From Marsupella aquatica (lineage: Eukaryota > Plantae > Marchantiophyta): a DNA stretch of 64,000 bases. Location of the stretch: positions 18,175,880 to 18,239,879 of the forward strand of contig OZ316895.1 in assembly GCA_973895155.1 (NCBI GenBank), in the 5' to 3' direction. Position 1 is the first letter of the stretch, and each line of letters begins with the position of its first letter. Shown here in pieces: positions 13,164 to 24,998 of this stretch. The translations under genes were made by a program, and so were the position numbers. The notes below the pieces were generated by a model that worked only from the letters and a program-made list of their open reading frames with translations, was not told the DNA's origin and did no database searches.

Positions 13164-16100
13164 GCAACAACCGCTGCTGGACACGGGTCAGTCTTAGGGT
13201 AACAAACACTCAACATTGACTTATGCCTGGCATCTTTCGAAGACGTCAAAGGAACATACGCTGGGTCTTTAGGAATCTTAGCATTATATTCCACACGACA
13301 AAAAACATCCAGGATGAGAGTGCACACCTGAACAAACCATAATACTTTAGAAATATTGAAAACTTTGTTAGCGAGCTCGCTAGCATTAACTGAGTTGAAA
13401 AACATGGAAAATTAACAGGTGAAACCGACCATATTGAGAAGTGGAAAATTAGCATTTTGTTATCGACATCGCTAGCATCAAACATATCAGAAAATTGAAG
13501 GGATAATTACCTCGATATCCATATTTGCCCTCCATAAAGGGGTAGACAACAAAACGGTATATTGTTGAGCATGTTTGAATTTGTTTTTTTTCTTGACTGC
13601 CGTAAATATTTGCCTCAAGTGATTGAAATCCAAGCTGTGCAACACAGCAACATATCCATCGTCTGAGAGCATTGGTCTCATCACTACAAAAAAATAATAC
13701 GGCAGTTTCTTGCTCCAAACATTCCAAGAAGGGACTTGTTTGTCTATAACGCGTGTTCTATGCCCAGTTGGACGAGAAATGAATCCCAAATGTGCTCCAA
13801 TCCCAACATAAGGCTTTCCATTAATTATGACAGGGTTCGGGTACTCTACGCTCTTTGACATCCCAGTATTCCATCGATCTCCATTGCCCATCCAAGATGG
13901 CCTCACTTTACTTACGCTAATTGAGTTTGCAGTATCGGTCAAATTGCTGCAAGCGAGGAAATGTCTCTGCCCATCCATCTTCAAACCACACATCCGAGCA
14001 ACACCTTGAGCAACTGAAACTTCTTCATCGTTCGAATCTAAAAGAATTTGGATATTCTGCTTCCGTTTCAAACGCTTTATACTTCCTAAATCCATTGTGC
14101 TCTTTGTTGTAACTTTGGCATTTGGGGACTGAGGTTCCTCACCATCATCTGCTCCGCTCTTCAAACTCTCAGAAGCAACTCCCTTCCTCCTCTCTATGAA
14201 GCAAAAGCCATTAGTGTCTGTATATTCGACACACATCGGGACTTGAAAATAAAAAGTAACAGAAAATTGACAGACTTACTTGGCTTCCCGGATATCTGGG
14301 ACCCATCTTTAGATGTGTCCTTCAATGCTCCTTTTCTTGGCTTCCGAGCTCGACTCCTATCCACTATGGCAGCTACACCAAGACAAGCCTTTTCCATTGC
14401 CTCGCAACCACCAACTTCAGCATCAGTGGGTGCCAATTTGGACTCCGAGACGGGCTCCGAGATGTAAGATTCCGGAAGGAATCCCCAATTGATCATGTGA
14501 AGAGCTGCTTTCTCTGTAGTGTCAAAGGTCACAGACCATTTGTCCGAGTCCAAATACCATGGACAGTGAAGAACCTCCCACTCACTCAATCTCCTCGGAG
14601 CTTCATTTCCCTCGCAAGGGAACATACAATATTCCCCAAACTTATCACCTATAGGGTCTGTAATGCTGTACATTAGTTAGAAATGATGGAAATTTTATAA
14701 ATTTTAAACTTTTTCTAACTCAAGGTACAATCTAGTTACCTTTTGTAGCAATTTAGATCAACTGAACACTTAACCTAATGTTATGCTTCATCGGAGGCTA
14801 TTGCCTCTATTGGACAAGGATCGCCAATATAAATCCTTGCTCTTTACATGCTACCAAGAAAGAAGACTGGACATCATTGGAGAAGCAATGCATACTAGAA
14901 GATTCAAGAACCGGACTCCAAAACACTTCTTCAGCAAGAATGAGCTCTCTGTGCAATTATCACAATCAGCCGATCTCTGCTATTTTAGTTAAATAGATAA
15001 AGTGGTCAGAAAAGTCTCATACTTTTTCAGGCATTAGTAGTTATGTAGTAGAATCATCCCTGAAAGTTTCATCTCAAACCTACATGTGGTTTGAAAGTTA
15101 AAATTATTTTAGTTTAGCTATTTTTTTACATAGCCGCGACTTCGCCGACGCTTTGAGAAAAGTCCTTTGTATTTTTGGACGCTTTGAAAAGCGTCCACCC
15201 AAGACCACGACGCTTTGAGAAGCGTCCGCCACCCAACCAATTGTACTCCGATGCTCTGCAATCCACATGAGGAGCGACGCCCACAGAAGCATCTGCTACC
15301 CCGAAGGTGACCTCGACACTGTGACGCCCACTAAAGCGTCCCGCCCGGAGCCCAGAAAATGGATGCTGCGACCAAAACCTCGAAATTCAGCCGACGCTTT
15401 CTGAAGCGTCCATAAAAGTCCTTTGTAGTTTTGGACGCTTTCTGAAGCGTCCACTATGTTCCCGACACTTAGAAAAATTTTCAGTTTTCGCACTTTTATA
15501 ACACCGCGCCACTTTTACCGATTTATTTGAGGCACTTAGAAGTCTCAGAAAAGTCTGAAACTTTGTCAGCATAGAGATTATATGTAGTAGAGTACCCTAG
15601 AAAAGTTTCAACTCATTCCGACTTTTAGTTTAGAAGTTAAAATTAGATTAAGATCACTGTTTATTAGTTTTACCGCAAACATCGACGCTTTGCAAAGCGT
15701 CCGCTCAAACCTCGACGCTTTGAGAAGCGTCCCCTGCATTTTTGACACTTTCAGCAGTGTCCATTCACTTTTCAAGGATGACCGTCATTAAGTTTATTCA
15801 AGACCCTTTAGATATGAAAAGACATGTCCTTTCAGTCTCTCAGTCTCCTTGCGTTCCTGCTAGCCTATATGAAGTAGAATTTGTGTCATTTTCAAGGGTG
15901 AAGAAATAAAGTAGTGCCTGTGGCATGTGCTGCAGTACTGGAATCACCTTTGCAAAGCTTCTGTGTGTTTTCGTATGGTATGGAGCTTGCAAATACAAAG
16001 GAATTCTTCTCCCTTCCTTGGTCTGAATGATTGAGAGTTTAGATCATTGAAGTAAAATTACTTATATGAAGTTGAATCTCAGAAGTATGAGGGAATAGAT

Positions 16101-18505
16101 TCCTTAAGTGGTGACAATCCATCTTCTTGAGTTCTTGATGCATAGTTTTTGGCATGACATTGCTTGTGCACGGATGCAAAGATTGTTACTCACCAATTAC
16201 CTGTGACTTCAATTTGATCATGATGGTGTTTATTATTCGTGACTCAGAGTACCGACTGGATATCGAAGTGATTGATTACTAGTTTCTTCTGAGTACCTTT
16301 GGAAGGAAAAGTTGAGACGTGTTGACGGCATTTTAGTAATCATCCTAGTACAGTAATCCATTCCAAAAATGTTCTTACGGATATACCACCCAAATCACAT
16401 CAAATGAAGTATTGATGAGAAGTTACCTTGGTGTTTTCCAGACTCCCTCATCATACCTCAAGATTTCATTGTGTTTTGTTATTTGTTTCCATTTTATTAA
16501 TTGCATTTACAATGTTAAGCAAACATTCAAATCTATGCCTTGCTGAGCAATCATAGTAAAAGGCTCAAACCTATGTTTTTTTTTTGTGACCTTAGTCATT
16601 CATAAGTGTTAAACGATAGAAAATCATTCCTTTCTTGTTCTTCCATGGGATCGAATACCGAGTTTTGGGCATTAAATGTTGATTTATGTCCTTAGTGCAA
16701 TACTACAGGGTCCTCTTTAACTCCTGCTATCCATGGGGAGAAGCAAGCTGGGTAGGACCACCAATAGAATTTGTCTGCTACTTCTCTGTCTACAAAAAAT
16801 TGATGCGTGTATCTCTTCGCTCTCCTCCAAAACAATGCAATGTCGACCTTCTCTCCTGTCTTGGGGGGACAAATCTGCTTGAAGAAACGAGTTTTCACAC
16901 AAGTTTGAAAATCCTCAAAATCCTCCTCAATGTCAAGGATTAGCAAAGCTTTCATCTTCTCTAAAGACGTAAGGATCCTCAACTCAGGGACAGAAGGCAT
17001 TACCTCAAAAACAATTCCAAACATGAGGGAAGACGCAATTGACTCGACTTGCTCCCACACTGCCCAACGATGAAGCCAAAGCTTAGTCTCACTATCTGAG
17101 AATTGACCTGGATGAAAGAATTTCTTCCGAAGCTCAAGACAACACTATGCCTCTAGGAGTGTACATCGGAGCTCTGGGGATAAGGAGGTCACACCAATGA
17201 ACAATTGAGCTCAATCAAGACCACAAGAAATATTTCCCCTTCCTTTGTCATCTGTTCTCTAGGCCTCCTTTCTCTCATTCTCACAGTAGTTATGCATTTT
17301 GACACATTTCTTGAAAAAGTCTCCAAACTCTGGATTTAGTAATGGACCGATCTTTGGAACTTTCACATTCCAATCAGCGAGTTGTTCTTTCATCATCTCA
17401 CAGATTGCTAAGTCATGTGCGGCCTTAGAGAGGGGCTCACCTTGAGCTTCCTTAAGAGCAAATTTCTTCTTCAGGTCCTCGGTCTGCCATGCAATGTTAG
17501 CAGCGGATAGTATATAAGTGCAGGCATCCAGCGTCATGTTCTTCGAATACCATGCCGCCTTCCGCACGTTTTTGCCATCTTCTACTGGAAAAGTTTGTAA
17601 TTCTCAGAGTCAATGATATCCTTGTAAACGGACAAGTCATTGTTCAGAATCTTCTGGACGCGTTCAGCCTCCAAAACCCAGGAGTTCTCTACATGACATT
17701 GAGTTAACCTGCCACAACATTCCCATGTTAGCGAGATTGCTAGCTGAAAGTGATATGGTAAAAAAGGAATTTCAGAAAGATATTATCCTGAGAACTTGCA
17801 CCTGTTCAATGCGTGCATTGCCGACTCAATCTGAACAAAAGAGTTCTTTTCACCCTTAAAAATCTTGCAGACTACTCGAGGATGGTACTTAATATCGTCA
17901 GGATGCTCTTCCACCAGTTGGCTCCACAAATACAATCAGTGGTTTCCATCAAAAACACAGAACATTTTGTCCTTGAGGATCTGGAAAGAAACATAAGAAT
18001 CACATTTGTGCTCAAACTCCTTGTTCTACAACACCCAAATATCATCCCAAGTTTTGCGGATGGCATCGGTACACATCTGGATTTCTCCATCCTTGTTTGT
18101 CATCTGAACGTAAAACCAAGGCGCATCTTCGATGTAACCCTACATTTTGAACTCCGACTTCAATGTGTCTATTGCAGTGGAATCCTTTTGTAGAGACCGA
18201 ACAATCTGCATGTTCCTCATCCGGCAGAGAGGAATTTTAGGGGGAGCCAATGCAAATCCGAACTCATTCACTTCGAATGAGTGAAGATGTCGGTTTATGA
18301 CAATCGTGTAAGGTTCCGAAGTGCTTGGATCAAACACAGGAGCCAATACATCTACCGCCGTCACCATCTTCGGTCGCCTTGGAGTCTTCAATCCCGTTGC
18401 AAGCGCTTTCTTGTTAGCTGTCGACCTGGTTTCTCTCCTTGTTGACTCCCTTGACTGAAATGATCCTCTCAAAGAAATACTCTCTGGAGACAACGATGAC
18501 TCCAT
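12821..18505 (-). pseudogene. ParB/Srx-like N-terminal domain fused to a C-terminal beta-class N4C/N6A DNA methyltransferase-like domain (transposon accessory gene), interrupted by a solo LTR
   Basis: The frame from ATG 18505 reads ...KMFCVFDGNH*LYLW (17950-17936; likely CGA>TGA of DGNHR). Introns at ~17709-17800 and 13328-13510. Removing LTR 14659-16707 plus one TSD copy joins GVKEDP|IGDKFGEY in frame. The C-terminus FMQAVMEFLTKPKDIVLDWTVCDGSSFSVGEYSGRFVVGVE (motif ~13111-13016) matches the motif X/I/II pattern of N6_N4_Mtase, preceded by PSWN..RPMLSDDGYVAVLHS. Confidence 0.6.
14659..16707 (+). mobile_element. solo LTR (2049 bp)
   Basis: TGTA...TACA termini. 5-bp TSD GGGTC at 14654-14658 and 16708-16712. 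Excision restores the host frame. Shares internal sequence with 29104-30887. Strand is a guess. Confidence 0.9.
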
Positions 18506-19136
18506 GAAATAAACCCCTTCGGAGAAGAGTGGTCGTGTCCGGAGACTGCAGCAGTTACACGCGTGAAAAATGTCTGCATTGCACTGCCTTTGGCAAAATA
18601 GAACAGCCGTACAAACTGTTACGAACTCCCAACAAAGCCTTACACAGTTATGATAGGGAACACTAACACCGATCGACAGTACGATGGAAGGAATAACAGA
18701 AATCTCCTGGCAACGACCACTAGTTGTACTTTTTGGAAAACCCAAAGAACAACCTTCACAACAAGGATAATCTTATCTATACAAAATGGTCCAGGTGTCA
18801 ACCGTATTTTGTACCGTTGACATTATGGTACCCGTTGACTATTCCCAACGTAATCCTAACGATAAAATTCGTAAAAATTTGATTGACTTTTTGGCTAGCA
18901 ATATCACTGGCATAAAAGGCATGATACAAATATCCTTCAAAAGAGGTCAAAACAACGGTTCATTTGTTGAAAAACATGCATAACCAAGCTAGCAAGATCG
19001 CTAGCATGGGACCCGTCCCAATCCGTTGAGTAAAAGACAAAATAACGGTCAAATCAATGGGAACTGTCTGACAATTTGTTTGATTAGTTGTTTCCGTTGG
19101 GATGAACAAAGATTTGGTCCTCCAAATAAGAGTCGT

Positions 19137-22100
19137 ATGGACGATTCAAAACATAGTCATTGTATTTTTGTATCCTCGGCAGAGATGATCTCGATGAATT
19201 CCAAGGTGGTTTTGGAGCGTAGAATCACGGGAGATGTGGTGGTACTGCCAAGTACCCCTGGTTCGTTGGAGGTGAGGGTAATAGAGTCCTTCCTTGCAAC
19301 TCATTTTGGAATCCCAAAAGATGACCTCATCATGAAGTTGTTTGAGTTGTATTCTCAAAAATGGACCACGGAGTCACCAATTGAGAGAGGACAGTAGTAC
19401 TTCCGGCAAAGTCTGGACATTGAAGGTTGGATCTTATGTCGAGGTTCTGTCCAATAAAGATGACTTTCCTGATGTCATTTTGGAACCGATGGATTTAGCT
19501 CCCGTTAATCAAACTCCTGTGATTGATCTTGGGAGGCCTCCCAAAGACATTGCTCTCGAGGTCATTGACATATCTCCAGATAGTCTAAGGCAAGACACAT
19601 CTTGTGGGTTGGCGAAGTCAGGAGGTGATTCCAAACCTGAAGGGTTAGCGACAAATTTGATTCAAAGGACTGGGGATAGCATGACCACAGTGTATCGGAT
19701 GAGTGCCTATGACGCTTTTATCAATATCAATGGAGCAAGTGAACTTGCACAATTTAGAAGAGGGAATCAATGGAACGAATGTCAGGTTTCGAATCTGCCA
19801 TCAACATACAATGGTAACGTTGTTTTTGAACTTCCTCCAGTCGAGGGGGCCGGGCGTGGAGGAGGTCTCTAAGATATGGATCGAGAGAAGGACAGCTATC
19901 CTTGGACGAGACTTGTCACTACATCTATGAATTTGAAGCCAAGGTTTCATTGGGCTGTGTCGAAAGTTTGTTGCGTTGGCGTTCTTGAATGCCATAATTT
20001 GGGTTGCCGGAAGTTGAAACATACTGGAGTGAAAAATGACTGCGCTTTCAGAGGGAAAGGGTTGCTGCTCAGTGACATCTTTCGTCTTGGAGAGTAAGTG
20101 AGTGAGGGCGGACTCGTCCGTGGCTTCTGTGAAGAAGAGAGGCCTCTCTGTATTCAAGATTGTCCGGCAAAATTGTTGTATGTATACCCTAAGCCAGGTT
20201 TGGAGAGTCACATTTCAATGCATATGTCCAGATTGGCTGTGCATATGGGATTTCATGACCACCCCGTTTGGAAGGGAAAATCTTGTTCTACAAGAAAAAT
20301 AGCGGAAGATGTTGTTTTAGGGGTCCATAGGTTGAATCCAGTCTCAACTCTTGCACGTCTGAGAAACCAGTCAATTGGGAACCTAGTCTCCCTATTGCAT
20401 CTAGAATCATCTCAGTTGTCGAGAGAAGAACAACAAGAAATTTGGAGTTCGATCGGAGTGGTTTCGACCGCTCCAAAGTTCCAAGCTATTCTTTGCAGTG
20501 TGAAGATGGATAATCCCAAAAAAGGAGAACTTGACTCACTTTGTGAAATGCAATCACGTAATAATTTCCCTTTTGTGCAAAGGTACCTGTTTCCTGGTCA
20601 AGGAAACATAAATGATCGAGCCCATATATTCAAAATGAGTACAAATGGTCTTGGATCGGGTGTGGAAATTTTGAGGAGCATGGAGTCTGGAGGAGTATTG
20701 GAAGGTTCTTGGGTGAGTTTTGATGTGATGCATCGTATCACTACTGGATGGTTGACCTTCAGCGCACACTTCTATGACCATAATTACCGCGCTCTGTGTA
20801 CAATTTTCACTTGCAAGTTAAGAGCCAAAGACACAGAGTCGCTTGAGACTGCGTGGAGGTTAATGGTAGATGTCACATCCGAGAATGGAGTCAATAATCC
20901 CATTATTGGAGGATTCATAGCAGACAATGCGGAGGCTGGCTGGATTGTTGTACGAAGGGTATTTTTTGGGGGTGTAAGAAATCCTCTGAAAGAGCATAGT
21001 GATGCTTTCCATTTCTCTCAATCCCTCAGAAAACACACTTTGGAGGGGATCAAGGAAGGATGTCATGCGGAGCACTATAAGATGTGGGAGAAGTTAAGAA
21101 TTGCTCCAACATACGTCGAAGCATATCGTATAGCCGATGACATTCAAAATGGTGGAAAGAAGGGAATTGTCACCCTTCCAAGCTTAAATCACTACAAGGG
21201 TGGATTTCATGGTGGGTTGTGCGGTGGAGACAATGGGGTAACTTTATTTGGGTGGTAAGTATTGGTCCATTATCTGTGATGCATTTACGCTAGCGAGATC
21301 GCTAGCCATAACACTTCTTTTTGTAAAGTTTTTGGTCACTGATTGAAACATGAGGATGCCTCAAGCTAGACATATCGCTAGTGAATACAAGTGTTAACTC
21401 TATTTATTTTTCAAACGCAAACTGCGAAGGAGTTTGCTTTGATGCCAAACTGTGCGGGAGCTGAATCTTGTCACGCATCAATGCGTTCGTGCCAGCCGAA
21501 GAAGAAAATTGGTTTGATGGAAGCTTGTGAAGTTGACCAGAATCGAGCAGCTGGACAAATTGCAGCGTTCACTGCATACTTGGAAGGGTGTCATTGTGGC
21601 AATGGTCCTACAATATTTGAGCTGGCCTATTGAAATGCAGATACAATGGGGTCGTTGGATGCCTATGAGAAGGCATCCAATCTACTATTTGAATCCTCTA
21701 GAAAATATGAGTTCTATAGAACAGTGCCTTTACATGGAGATCTTAGAACAACGTCAGGGAAAAGGAAGGGTAGTGCTTCTGCTTCTATTCATGAAAACGA
21801 TTCTCATCGACATGATAAGATATTGCGCACAGTGGCATCGCTGTCTAGTTCGAAAAGAAAAAATCTTTACACCGAATTTAGTAACTTTAGCGGTGCTTCT
21901 GATATTGGTGGACCTTCTGACTTTCCTGAAAATGAAGACAATCCCACTTGCCATAGACCTCCCCTTCCTCGTGAAGTTATTAATATATCAGATGATACCA
22001 GTGAAGAACGAAGCCGTGGAGATGCAACACAGGACCCGAACTACGTTGGAGAAATACCACAGTCTCAAAATAATCGGGATGAAATTTGGGATGCACCCCA

Positions 22101-22998
22101 AAGGATCCCTTTTATTGAAGAGGTTGATATGACGTATGGGACCTGGCAATTGAGCGGAGTGGAAAAGGGAGTGGACCTGTTTGCAACGGACGAGTGGACC
22201 AAAGTGTGTTTGGAAGAGATGAGTGCAGGAATCTCATCAAAGAAACTGGAATGAAGGCATTCCGGGCAGGAGTGGTTGGTGTTGCCATTCACGGATTGAG
22301 GTTGTCATCTCCACATTGTCAGCTTCTGTACTTCTGTCCAAATAATAAGTGCCATAAAACAGGTGGCAGAAGGACTCTTGCCCAGCTTCCGGAACCACCT
22401 GAGGCATTGCAGGTCTAGCGTGGGACCAGGCTGACCCCAACAGAGATTGACTTTCTTCTTCGAAACAGGTTTAAAATCAGAGGATTATCATACTCTGATC
22501 CAGCACCGATCGGGTCATTCTCCTCTCCAAATCATGTTGACCTCTGAATTGATGTGAATGCCTTCCCAGAAAGAGTTGACATTGGTTGTCCAGACCGTAG
22601 ATTCAAGACCCAGAATGGGAAAGGTGTTCGTCAACGTTTCCAGAACACCCCGGAGCTTCTCAAACACATTCGATCTGCGACTGACAAACATATGAGTCAT
22701 TGGAAGTGAGAAGATATGCCTCGGAAATGGGTGGGGATGGCAATATCTTATCGTCACTCACGAGACAGATTCTAAAATTGCACACGAGTACTGGGTCCAA
22801 GTGTGTTGTTTTCCTTCTTGCTCATGTGATGACTTCTACAAGAGACACACGAGAGGAAGACCCTACATGTCTTGTAAACACCTCCTGTGGGTGTACTTAA
22901 ATAAGTTCTCACTGAATTTAGAGAGAGACAATCTTGTGAAGCAGCCAATTCTGACTGTTGCTGAAGTGAGGAGTTTGATTCCGTTGCAGTGTAGTTGA
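19137..22998 (+). pseudogene. Mutator-like DDE transposase with N-terminal Cys/His zinc-finger region and C-terminal SWIM finger
   Basis: Core motifs WVSFDVMH, GFIADNAEA, DAFHFSQSL (CxxH position) and NCAGAESCHASM. SWIM motif SCSCDDF..SCKHLLWV (22816-22893). Zinc finger C..ECHNLGC..C..HMGFHDHPV. In-frame stops at 19870, 20095 and 21631, several frameshifts, and an intron from donor GTG|GTAAGT at 21255. Confidence 0.8.
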
Positions 22999-23425
22999 CT
23001 TAATCTCTATTATCCGTTGAGGTGAACATTTCCGCGTCCCTCATTTTGTCGCCTTCTGGTTTTCAGAACAGAGGAAGGTCCTCTACCTCACTAATTATAT
23101 TGTGTATGTAATGTTAGCGAGGGTCTATTACTATTTAGTAAGCATCGGCATTGTTGTTTACTTTGCTAGCGATGTCGCTGGCATTAAACTCGTGAAGTAA
23201 AGTATAAGGTTGGTAAATGGTTCCTTTTCGACGAAGTTCTTCATAACTTAGAGTTCAATAACTCATGTGTTGCAATTGTTTTTTGGATATACATACGAGA
23301 AAACAAACCATTTTAGACATGCATAGTTTTACTAGCGATGTCGCTAGCAATAATAGGACAGGTTGGAACACTACAATCGGACAAACTTCAGAAGATGTTA
23401 TTGCAAAATGAACAAAGATGTTCTG

Positions 23426-23999
23426 TCATATAATTCTGTTAGACATGAAATGTCCAATAACGCTTTGCAGATCCGAGGTCCAGGAACCAGACTGAGTATA
23501 CAATACACTGTTACAAAATGTATTTGCCCCTACAAGATGGACTACTGGTATTGACTTCTGTTCAAGGGCTCGCTGCCTTGTAGGCGTCGGAATCAGAGTC
23601 AGAGACTGTATCATAGTCGGAGGAAGCGAGGACGTTTTCTGTCCAATAGTTGTGGATCTCGAGGTCCCTCCATTATGACTCCTCCTCTTCTCTCTTGCGC
23701 TTCTCAGAAACCCCCTTAGAGACAGGGACATTAGAGCGAGAAGATGATGGTGTTCGGGAGACCGCCTTGGACAATGTCTCCTTACAAGGTGTGGCGAGCT
23801 TTGAGTCCTTGGAGACAACGGGAGCCACGCGACTAGAAGGAGATGTACTCCTCTTCGTTGTGTCCACAGAACTCTGCTTCTGCTTCTGCTTTGGTGGAGT
23901 GGACCTTGGCGGGGAGTCCAGTGGACCGTCAATTTCGGCGTTATATCGCCGAACTTCCAGAACCCATTTTGGAGCAGCTCCACTCTCGTTCCGTGCCAT
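23426..23999 (-). pseudogene. possible third accessory ORF of the element (Ser/Pro/Lys-rich, NLS-like KRKREEES)
   Basis: ATG 23999. The low-complexity frame continues past a stop into acidic SDYDTVSDSDSD. It is flanked by palindrome copies. No domain recognised. Confidence 0.3.
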
Positions 24000-24923
24000 T
24001 TCTCCCAGAAACAGAAACAGAAACCAATGCGATTCAGATTACTTGCAATCTTATGCAAAGTCTACTTATGTTGACAAACTAAAAAGAGAATGACAACGAG
24101 AACCTGAGAGAATAACAAACTGCAGGTGGAAAACACATGACAGAGAACTGAGATACCTCGATCCGGATCTGACTGCCAAATGTATGGTGCTTGTGATCAA
24201 GCAGGAACTCGATGTAATGCTTCGACGACAGTAGCTTCGACGACAGTAGCAGAAGTCACAAAAGGGCTTTGACTCCCACGAAGACAACAAGAGAATCGCA
24301 CTTCGAGTCCGCGATGAACACAATGAGAGCCCGAAAGAGTGGCCGAAAGGGAATGAATGGAAATGTTTCTCAAGGTGTGAGGGAGATATAGGGGATGGTG
24401 GATAGCGGGAGATCCTTCCCAACGGATTGGGATCTTGTCTGTTGGGTGTTCTAAGATCTTTTATGTTGCGCATCTCATGCTCGGCGCCCGGATGAAGCTT
24501 TGGATTTTGTCCTTGGATGCGCTCCCGAGATTTTTTCAGTCAAAGGACATTATTCCCTGTCCGTTATCATTATGATTTATTCACGTCGTTAACGATCGCA
24601 CGCCAAAGTACATGCGAGAATTATGGGTGGCATGGTTGCTAGCAATTTCGCTAGCCTGACGTATGTTCAGATAGTATGGTCACTTAGAGTTTCTTTAAGT
24701 GGCCAGTTGTGCGTGAAATACTCGATATGCACAAATGTACCGTCCATGGCAGGTTTCATTATAGAGTAGAATATTGATTTTTCTGTTATTCAACAGGTTA
24801 GTTTTGTCCTAGCGAGTTTCAAGTCATGCCAGCGAGGTGATAACCATGCCAGATTTTGCATATATGGACGAGAAAATGTTCCCGTGCGAGGAATTTTTTT
24901 ACTGTTTCCTCGCACGTTACAAT

Positions 24924-24998
24924 GACCCGCCTGCAACTCAGTGGTAGAGCACTACTATGTACATGAGAGCTCCTAGGTTCAATGTCCATGTTGTTGAC
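24924..24998 (+). pseudogene. degenerate tRNA-like sequence (tRNA pseudogene or SINE head)
   Basis: A-box-like AACTCAGTGGTAGAGCA and B-box-like GGTTCAAT at tRNA spacing. Stems do not pair well. Confidence 0.45.

Larger units (their letters stand above)
12378..24900. mobile_element. large decayed Mutator-like (MULE) element with accessory genes; termini not defined
   Basis: Contains the + strand DDE/SWIM transposase pseudogene, the divergent ParB-MTase-like pseudogene and a shared 18-bp palindrome from 13367 to 24655. No TIRs or TSD were found, so the boundaries are approximate. Confidence 0.65.

Noticed and set aside
24882-24930. Helitron 3' end
   Set aside because: The hairpin is not followed by CTRR, and no Rep/helicase remnant is nearby.
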